DNA from: an uncultured Thermoplasmatales archaeon
Lineage (GTDB): Archaea; Thermoplasmatota; E2; UBA202; DSCA01
Assembly (NCBI GenBank): GCA_964595325.1
Contig: CAZQQE010000044.1
Location: 1-9,787 of the forward strand
DNA length: 9,787 bases
Direction of reading: 5' to 3'
The notes under the pieces were generated by a model. It saw only the letters and a list, made by a program, of their open reading frames with translations. It had not been told where the DNA came from and did no database searches. The position numbers and the translations under genes are program-made. The first letter of the stretch is position 1. Each line of letters opens with the position of its first letter. Shown here piece by piece: positions 4,447-9,787 of the stretch.

Positions 4447-5691
4447 ATGGAAAAGTTTGACATCGAGGATGTGAGGGCAAGATGGGTTCTTGATTCGAGA
4501 GGAAATCCGACCGTCGAGACGGAAGTTTTTGCAGGTAATGTTACGGGCAAAGCAATCATTCCTTCAGGTGCATCGAAGGGAAGGAAGGAGGCGGTGGAAC
4601 TCAGGGACGGCGGAAAGGCGTTTCACGGAAAAGGAGTAAAGAAAGCCGTGGATAATGTCAATAACATAATCGCCCCTGTGGTAAAAGGCATGGACGTGCG
4701 CGATCAGGAAGAGATTGATAAAAAAATGATTGAACTTGACGGCACCGAAAACAAATCCCGTCTCGGAGCGAATGCCATACTTTCGGTATCGCTGGCATGC
4801 ACCAGAGCCGCCTCCGCCGCCCTCAAAAAGCCGCTTTACGAATACATCGGAGATAAAAATATTCTGCCCGTGCCTTTCATGAATGTCATCAACGGCGGAA
4901 AGCATGCGGGAAACGAACTCGCAATACAGGAGCACATGATTGCACCTGTGGGCGCCCGTACTTTCAGGGAGGCGGTACAGATGTGTTCCGAGGTGTACCA
5001 GACAATGAAAGAGCTGATAAAAGACCGCTACGGGAAGAACGGGACAAACGTGGGAGATGAAGGAGGATTTGCCCCTCCGTTGAAAAGCTCCGATGAAGCG
5101 TTAAAACTCATTCTGGATGCGATAGAGGAGAACGGCTATGAGGGAAAAATAAAGCTTGCAATAGACTCGGCGGCGACAAGTTTTTACGATGACGGATTTT
5201 ATTACATGCAAAGGAAGCTTTCGATGGAAGATTTACTGGGCATTTACGAGGAAATGGCAAATTCATATCCCATAATATTGATGGAAGACCCTTTTGCCGA
5301 GGACGACTGGGAGGGCTTTATTGCGATAACAGAAAGACTGGGGAACAAAATACAGATTGTAGGGGATGACATATTCGTTACAAATAAAAGGCTGCTCGAA
5401 GAAGGAATCAAAAGGCATGCCTGCAATGCCCTGCTGCTGAAGCCCAACCAGATAGGAACGCTGACAGAATGCGTCGATGTAGCCCGCCATGCCCTGAAGA
5501 ACAACTACAAGGTACTTGTTTCACACCGCTCCGGAGACACATGTGATTCTTTCATTTCAGATTTGACGGTCGCACTGGGCACAGGACAGATGAAATCCGG
5601 GGCGCCGTGCAGGGCTGAAAGAACGGAGAAATACAACCGACTCATGAGAATAGAGGATGAACTGGGAGAAAGGGCAAGATATGGAAAATAA
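4447..5691 (+). CDS. eno: Enolase (2-phosphoglycerate dehydratase)
   Basis: 414 aa from MEKFDIEDVRARWVLDSRGNPTVETEV. Enolase signatures present: PSGAS.G..EA.ELRD, GANAILSVSLA, NVINGG.HAGN.L..QE.MI.P.GA, DEGGFAP, EDPF.EDDW, IVGDD..VTN, LLLKPNQIGTLTE, SHRSG.T.D.FI.DL.VA, GQ.K.GAP.R.ER..KYN.L.RIE.EL. Confidence 0.95.
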   Translation: MEKFDIEDVRARWVLDSRGNPTVETEVFAGNVTGKAIIPSGASKGRKEAVELRDGGKAFHGKGVKKAVDNVNNIIAPVVKGMDVRDQEEIDKKMIELDGTENKSRLGANAILSVSLACTRAASAALKKPLYEYIGDKNILPVPFMNVINGGKHAGNELAIQEHMIAPVGARTFREAVQMCSEVYQTMKELIKDRYGKNGTNVGDEGGFAPPLKSSDEALKLILDAIEENGYEGKIKLAIDSAATSFYDDGFYYMQRKLSMEDLLGIYEEMANSYPIILMEDPFAEDDWEGFIAITERLGNKIQIVGDDIFVTNKRLLEEGIKRHACNALLLKPNQIGTLTECVDVARHALKNNYKVLVSHRSGDTCDSFISDLTVALGTGQMKSGAPCRAERTEKYNRLMRIEDELGERARYGK

Positions 5692-5751
5692 TGTTCCCTA
5701 AAAATAGATTAATTTAAATAAACGCAGGGGCGTTATAAATCGGGAGATACT

Positions 5752-6309
5752 ATGAGGCATAACAACGAAGAACTGCCAGAAGATAGAAGTACCCTGGAAA
5801 AAGTGGTGGAGGCATTGATAATCGTTTTTCTCGTATCATTTTCCGTCATGCTTGTATCCATTTTCCAGACGCAGTTCAAAGAATACGATTTTTACATCCA
5901 TTTCTTTTATCTGCCTATCGTGCTTTCTACGTTCTGGTGGGGAAAGAAAGGCATCTTTGTATCGGCTTTTCTGGGTGTATTTTTGGTTTTAACCGTCATT
6001 CTGCGCCATAATACGCCAAACGAAATTTTTTCTGCAGCGATAGAAGCGGTACTGTTCTTCATCGTAGCTCTGCTGGTAAGCATCTTGAGCGATGAGAAGA
6101 GCAATGCCTTGAAAAAAGAAATGAAGTTCAAGCTTGATACAGCCCATTATTTTTTCAACCCGATATGCATAGCGGAAGGTAACCTTGAACTTGCAATGAA
6201 GGACGCCCCCGACGCCCTGCAACACGAACTCAATGAGGCACAAAAAGCAGTTCATCGGATAAAAAAGGTGGTGATGAATGTGGTGGAGGCGGGGGAAATT
6301 CATGAATGA
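5752..6309 (+). CDS. 4-TM membrane sensor-like protein with C-terminal HisKA-like (DHp) module and no HATPase domain
   Basis: 185-aa ORF with four hydrophobic helices (VVEALIIVFLVSFSVMLVSIF; FYIHFFYLPIVLSTFWW; GIFVSAFLGVFLVLTVIL; IFSAAIEAVLFFIVALLVSILS). These are followed by DTAHYFFNPICIAEGNLELA and a second helix. From memory, the architecture recalls the archaeal 4TM histidine-kinase N-terminal region. The stop codon lies 7 nt from the convergent glnS stop, so no downstream domain is possible. Confidence 0.75.
   Translation: MRHNNEELPEDRSTLEKVVEALIIVFLVSFSVMLVSIFQTQFKEYDFYIHFFYLPIVLSTFWWGKKGIFVSAFLGVFLVLTVILRHNTPNEIFSAAIEAVLFFIVALLVSILSDEKSNALKKEMKFKLDTAHYFFNPICIAEGNLELAMKDAPDALQHELNEAQKAVHRIKKVVMNVVEAGEIHE
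6121..6306 (+). other. Shared C-terminal DHp-like module, copy 2 (62 aa, ends ...AGEIHE-stop)
   Basis: MKFKLDTAHYFFNPICIAEGNLELAMKDAPDALQHELNEAQKAVHRIKKVVMNVVEAGEIHE. It is paralogous to 3301-3489 on the opposite strand. Confidence 0.75.
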
Positions 6310-6316
6310 TAGCATA

Positions 6317-7993
6317 TCACTTTTTCATCTGCTTGCTTATCTTTGCCCACGTGTCCCTCAATCCCACCGTTTTATTGAGAACCGGCCTGCCACGTGTTGT
6401 GTCCGGGTCGATGCAGAAATAGCCCAGACGAAGGAGCTGGAAGTGGCCGAACGGATTCAATTCCGCCACCGCCGGCTCGACCTTGCACGATGTCAGAACT
6501 TCTAGAGATGAAGGATTCAGAAATTCTTTGAAATCTTTGCCTCTCCCTGCCGGGTCTTCAACCGTGAAAAGCCGGTCATAGAGCCGGACTTCCGCATCGA
6601 CTGCATGGGACGCAGATATCCAGTGAAGTGTCGTTTTCGCCCTGCGCCCGTCCGGGGCATTGCCCCCCCTCGTCTCCGGGTCGATGGTGCATCTGAGTTC
6701 GGTAACTCTGCCGTCTTTTTTTACAAAATCGGTGCAGGTTATGAAGTATGCGCCTTTCAAACGGACTTCACGCCCCGGCGCAAGTCTGTAGAATTTTTTG
6801 GGCGGCTCTTCCATGAAATCGTCCTGCTCGATGTATATGGTGCGGGAGAACGGCACTTTTCTCGTTCCCATCGAAGGGTCTTCGGGGTTGTTCTCTATTT
6901 CCATCTCCTCCGTCCTGCCTTCCGGATAATTCTCTATCACGACCTTGAGGGGGCGGAGAACTCCCATGAAGCGAGGCGCAGTCTTGTTCAGTTCTTCCCG
7001 GACGCAGTGCTCCAGATGTTCTATCGGGATGACACTGTTGCTCTTGGAAACGCCGATTTCACCGCAGAAATTCCTGATGGCGGCAGGCGGGTATCCCCTC
7101 CTTTTCATCCCCCTGATGGTGGGGAGGCGGGGGTCGTCCCATCCGGATACATAGCCACCCTCTACCAGCTCTCTGAGCATACGCTTGCTCATCACCGTGT
7201 ATGTCATGTTCAAACGGGCAAACTCTATCTGCCGGGGATGATGAACGCCGAGCTGTTCCAGAAACCAGTCGTACAGGGGGCGGTGGTTCTCGAATTCGAG
7301 GGTGCAGATGGAATGGGTTATGCCTTCGATGGAATCCTCGAGACCGTGAGCCCAGTCGTATGTGGGGTAGATGCACCATCTGTCGCCGGTGCGGTGGTGG
7401 CTGGCATGTAAAATGCGGTACATCACGGGGTCGCGCATGTTCATGTTAGGATGCGCCATGTCTATCTTGGCGCGCAGAACTTTCTCGCCGTCGGCAAACT
7501 CGCCCGCTTTCATGCGCTCCAGCAGCTCAAGGTTTTCTTTGACCGAGCGGTTGCGGTACGGACTTTCCCTGCCCGGCTTCGTCAGGTTGCCCCTGTATTC
7601 TTTCATTTCCTCGGCAGATAAATCATCAACATAAGCCTTGCCTGCCTTCACCAGCTGGACGGCATATTCGTACATTTTATCGAAATAGTCGGAAGCAAAG
7701 AAAAGGCGGTCTTCCCAGTCAAAGCCGAGCCATTTTACATCCTCCATGATGGCGTTTACATAATCCTCTTCCTCTCTTGCGGGATTTGTGTCATCGAATC
7801 GGAGGTTGCACTTGCCCCCGTAATCCTCTGCAATTCCGAAATTGAGGCATATGGATTTTGCATGCCCTATGTGCAGGTAGCCGTTGGGCTCCGGAGGAAA
7901 ACGTGTATGAACCCTGCCCCCGTATTTGTTTGTACGGATATCTTCATTTATGATTTCACGAATAAAATCACTGGATTTTTCATCTGACGCCAT
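6317..7993 (-). CDS. glnS: Glutaminyl-tRNA synthetase, bacterial-type (no eukaryote-style N-terminal extension)
   Basis: 558 aa, collinear from end to end with E. coli GlnS as I recall it: FIREII.ED......[41 protein letters not shown] (HIGH motif), [26 protein letters not shown]...MRDPV.YRI, WCIYP.YD..H...D..EGITHS.CTLEF, YTVMSKR (KMSKS motif), [36 protein letters not shown]. An AGGTGG Shine-Dalgarno-like element (8001-8006) lies 7 nt upstream of the ATG. Confidence 0.95.
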   Translation of the reverse strand: MASDEKSSDFIREIINEDIRTNKYGGRVHTRFPPEPNGYLHIGHAKSICLNFGIAEDYGGKCNLRFDDTNPAREEEDYVNAIMEDVKWLGFDWEDRLFFASDYFDKMYEYAVQLVKAGKAYVDDLSAEEMKEYRGNLTKPGRESPYRNRSVKENLELLERMKAGEFADGEKVLRAKIDMAHPNMNMRDPVMYRILHASHHRTGDRWCIYPTYDWAHGLEDSIEGITHSICTLEFENHRPLYDWFLEQLGVHHPRQIEFARLNMTYTVMSKRMLRELVEGGYVSGWDDPRLPTIRGMKRRGYPPAAIRNFCGEIGVSKSNSVIPIEHLEHCVREELNKTAPRFMGVLRPLKVVIENYPEGRTEEMEIENNPEDPSMGTRKVPFSRTIYIEQDDFMEEPPKKFYRLAPGREVRLKGAYFITCTDFVKKDGRVTELRCTIDPETRGGNAPDGRRAKTTLHWISASHAVDAEVRLYDRLFTVEDPAGRGKDFKEFLNPSSLEVLTSCKVEPAVAELNPFGHFQLLRLGYFCIDPDTTRGRPVLNKTVGLRDTWAKISKQMKK

Positions 7994-8029
7994 GTAATGC
8001 CACCTATTGCATGTTTATCTCCAGCCCTG

Positions 8030-8038
8030 TTATAAAAG
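8030..8038 (-). promoter_or_regulatory. TATA box (CTTTTATAA on minus strand) for glnS
   Basis: Centre is about 41 nt upstream of ATG 7993. That predicts a leader of about 15 nt containing the AGGTGG ribosome-binding element. This differs from the leaderless neighbours. Confidence 0.5.
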
Positions 8039-8077
8039 TTATGGGATACGTTTTCCCTCTCGGGATTATGCACATTT

Positions 8078-8085
8078 TTTATATA
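8078..8085 (+). promoter_or_regulatory. TATA box (TTTATATA) for the tRNA gene
   Basis: Consensus archaeal TATA centred about 28 nt upstream of tRNA position 1 (8110). This predicts a pre-tRNA leader of only a few nt. Confidence 0.6.
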
Positions 8086-8109
8086 TACAATTCAGATATG
8101 GGTCTTTGA

Positions 8110-8183
8110 GGGCCCGTAGCTTAGCCAGGTGGAGCGTCTGGCTCATAACCAGATGGTCGCCGGTTCGAATCCGGCCGGGCCCA
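8110..8183 (+). tRNA. tRNA with anticodon CAU; elongator type, either tRNA-Met or agmatidine-modified tRNA-Ile2. No encoded CCA and no intron.
   Basis: Hand-folded cloverleaf. Acceptor GGGCCCG/CGGGCCC (7 bp), D stem GCTT/GAGC, anticodon stem TCTGG/CCAGA with loop CTCATAA, variable loop TGGTC, T stem GCCGG/CCGGC with loop TTCGAAT, discriminator A. It is followed by TGATTTT (oligo-T). G1-C72 and the lack of a GGG/CCC anticodon stem exclude the archaeal initiator. Confidence 0.9.
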
Positions 8184-8245
8184 TGATTTTCTCACCGGCT
8201 GTAACGCGCAAAATTAATTGCCGTACCTGCCATTGAAATAAATTC

Positions 8246-9787
8246 TCAATTATCAGGATTGAAATATGTCAAATCCAAATCATGCCAGTCGTCGAAATCA
8301 TTCATGCCGTGTGAGCCGTCCGAGTAATCCACAAGGATGTATGTGTAACCGTAATTCATGCAGCTCTTGTAGGGACGGTATTTCCAGTAATCAAATTTCC
8401 ACGGAGATACGGTATCCGGGTCATCCACTCCCGGATTGAATATGTTGAGCGTATGCCCTGTTTCATGCATGAAAACGCTGCCGTACACAATGCCCCTGTC
8501 CTCAAAAAACAGCTGCTCGCATTTTTCATCAATGTACTTTGCGGAAATCTGGAATTCATCTCTCTTTATTGTGTACCCGTTGAAGCCCGCATCGTAAACG
8601 ACAAGGCCGTAATGGAATACACCCTGCCTCCACTCGTTTTCACCGTTATGAAGGAAGTAATCATTATAATAATCCTCCCTCAACCTTCTTCCGCTCACCA
8701 CCTTCACAAACGGAATCATCTCCCCGCCGCCCATGCAGCCGTCATCAAGATGGTAAACGATGTTATGCTTATCATAGGCGGTGCGAAGTATCTCCTTAGA
8801 ACTGTCGGGCAGCAAACTGGCTGGCTCGCCGTCCGGCCCCGCTTCCATCTGGTCCACTTCAACAAACAAATCCTTTCTGAAAGGGTCGGAACCCCACTGT
8901 GATGTAAGGTATTCCTCAACATTACTCAAACCGTCATTGTCCTCGTCAATGCTGCTGTGGTTTTCCCATACAAACGGGTCGTACAGCCACACGTCTTCGA
9001 CCTCGCCGTTCCACCAGTTCAACTGGAAATAATGCCCCCATTTCCATTCCCATTCTATCGGCACGCCGTCCCCGTCCGCATCCTCCCCTCGGTTGTCCTT
9101 TGTCGGGTCGGTGTGGTATACATTTTCCTCAGTCCAGTAAGGTATGCCGTCTCCGTCATAATCGTTCTGGTGAATATCGAACCATATCTCGCAGTCACGG
9201 TCATTCTGATAGATGCTGTTGTCATCGCATCCGCTCGCCCTTCCGTAGCCGCTCAAATCGGGATATCCCCAGTACTCTTTCGGAGAATTGAAATCATCGC
9301 CGTACCAGTGTCCTGTTTTTATGCTGTATCGGAGGTCAAGATCGCGGCTTCCGGTGTAGTTGTCGTAGTTGTTGTCTATGTCGCACATCTTGTCTCCCAG
9401 CGGGTCTTTATCCCATAACTGGATGGTTATGTTGACGAATTCCTCGTCGTCGGGAACATCGAGTGAAGCATTCCAGTCAGGCTCGACGTATTTCTGATTT
9501 TTCCATACGGGGCTTTCGAATTCCTCGCCGTTGATGAACACCTTTACATAAAAATCCGGGTCGCTGAATCTGTCTATCCCGTCTATTGTTCTTCCCAGAT
9601 ATTTCGCTTCCAGCGAGCGTATTTCCTTTATCTCAACCGTGACAATGACATTATCCAGCGGGTCGTAATCCTCTGACGTTTTTGCACCGACATCGCTTTT
9701 TATTTCGCCTTCCCAGAAAGAAAATCCGTTCAAAGGTACGGCAATAACTAAAGCGGTCAAAACAGCAAGAAAAGCTACCTTCTTCAT
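8246..9787 (-). CDS. Secreted multidomain zinc metalloprotease: signal peptide, C2-like beta-sandwich, DxDxDG calcium-binding (thrombospondin type 3-like) repeats, metzincin-like catalytic domain
   Basis: 513-aa ORF whose ATG occupies the last 3 nt of the window (9785-9787). The N-terminal MKKVAFLAVLTALVIAVPLNG looks like a signal peptide, so this is probably the true start. HETGH zinc motif at nt 8453-8467, followed by NPGVDD and a Met-turn-like SCMNY. DYDGDGIP, DADGDGVP and DEDNDGLS loops (aa about 205-295). C2-like segment aa about 46-140 (nt 9368-9652). Confidence 0.8.
   Translation of the reverse strand: MKKVAFLAVLTALVIAVPLNGFSFWEGEIKSDVGAKTSEDYDPLDNVIVTVEIKEIRSLEAKYLGRTIDGIDRFSDPDFYVKVFINGEEFESPVWKNQKYVEPDWNASLDVPDDEEFVNITIQLWDKDPLGDKMCDIDNNYDNYTGSRDLDLRYSIKTGHWYGDDFNSPKEYWGYPDLSGYGRASGCDDNSIYQNDRDCEIWFDIHQNDYDGDGIPYWTEENVYHTDPTKDNRGEDADGDGVPIEWEWKWGHYFQLNWWNGEVEDVWLYDPFVWENHSSIDEDNDGLSNVEEYLTSQWGSDPFRKDLFVEVDQMEAGPDGEPASLLPDSSKEILRTAYDKHNIVYHLDDGCMGGGEMIPFVKVVSGRRLREDYYNDYFLHNGENEWRQGVFHYGLVVYDAGFNGYTIKRDEFQISAKYIDEKCEQLFFEDRGIVYGSVFMHETGHTLNIFNPGVDDPDTVSPWKFDYWKYRPYKSCMNYGYTYILVDYSDGSHGMNDFDDWHDLDLTYFNPDN

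Noticed and set aside
4447-5691. Possible non-canonical or degenerate enolase (SGASKG instead of SGASTG; SHRSGDTCDS instead of SHRSGETED)
   Set aside because: The reading frame is intact. The catalytic Lys (KPNQIGT), the metal-binding acidic residues (DSAA.., EDP, GDD) and the loop motifs are all present. The substitutions are conservative or lie in positions that I cannot show to be essential without an alignment. I treat it as a normal enolase.
5907-6315. 74- and 108-aa minus-strand ORFs opposite the 4-TM sensor gene, and the 75-aa plus-strand ORF at 6278-6505
   Set aside because: These are antisense or out-of-frame overlaps with better-supported genes. They lack promoter and ribosome-binding signals. 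The 75-aa ORF overlaps the 3' ends of two real genes.
6605-7411. 268-aa plus-strand ORF, plus 69-, 82- and 87-aa plus-strand ORFs and a 106-aa out-of-frame minus-strand ORF, inside the glnS locus
   Set aside because: The plus-strand ORFs lie entirely antisense to a full-length, motif-complete GlnRS gene. The minus-strand 106-aa ORF (7059-7379) is an alternative frame of the same gene. The translations are R/G/P/A-rich low-complexity sequence with no recognisable motifs. Long spurious ORFs of this kind are expected because this gene is comparatively GC-rich and therefore poor in stop codons.
8110-8260. tRNA gene as an integration site for a mobile element carrying the protease gene
   Set aside because: I looked for a direct repeat of the tRNA 3' half (GGTTCGAATCCGGCCGGGCCCA) elsewhere in the window, and for an integrase, and found neither. 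The protease gene has no obvious mobile-element neighbours in view. The window ends at 9787, so a distal att site cannot be excluded.
8356-9418. ORFs overlapping the protease gene: plus-strand 149, 83, 153 and 63 aa; minus-strand out-of-frame 67 aa (8356-8559) and 68 aa (8716-8922)
   Set aside because: These are shadow ORFs of a 513-aa gene with clear domain content, either antisense or in an alternative frame. The translations are low-complexity (V-rich runs such as VVVVVVVYV) with no motifs.
1-9787. CRISPR arrays, transposases/IS elements, toxin-antitoxin pairs or known defence genes
   Set aside because: There are no regularly spaced identical repeats. No ORF has transposase, integrase, nuclease or Cas-like motifs. 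The only repeats are the short degenerate units at 17-128.

Overview
This is a gene-dense archaeal chromosomal segment. Gaps between genes are 3-186 bp, and convergent stop codons lie as little as 4-7 nt apart. The archaeal call rests on four observations: TATA boxes (TTTATATA-like) centred about 25-27 nt upstream of several start codons or of the tRNA 5' end, an MCM-family ATPase, a tRNA with no encoded CCA, and operon-style packing. From left to right the window holds: a short repeat- and palindrome-bearing intergenic region; an unusual HhH-domain + MCM-type AAA+ protein that lacks the canonical MCM N-terminal domain; a membrane-anchored beta-sandwich protein; a HAD-IA phosphatase; a 61-aa two-TM peptide; a TrmO/TsaA tRNA methyltransferase; a PAS-PAS sensor; enolase; a 4-TM sensor; a bacterial-type glutaminyl-tRNA synthetase; a tRNA with anticodon CAU; and a secreted multidomain zinc metalloprotease with a C2-like N-terminal domain and DxDxDG calcium-binding repeats. 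The most system-like signal is that the PAS-PAS protein and the 4-TM protein flank eno and end in the same roughly 62-aa module. That module resembles a histidine-kinase dimerisation/phosphoacceptor (DHp) domain, yet neither protein has a kinase ATPase domain. Other notable items are the mini-MCM fusion, GlnRS in an archaeal setting, the C2-like protease, and a single TATA box apparently shared by two divergent leaderless genes. All domain calls come from reading motifs by eye. No database or HMM search was run.
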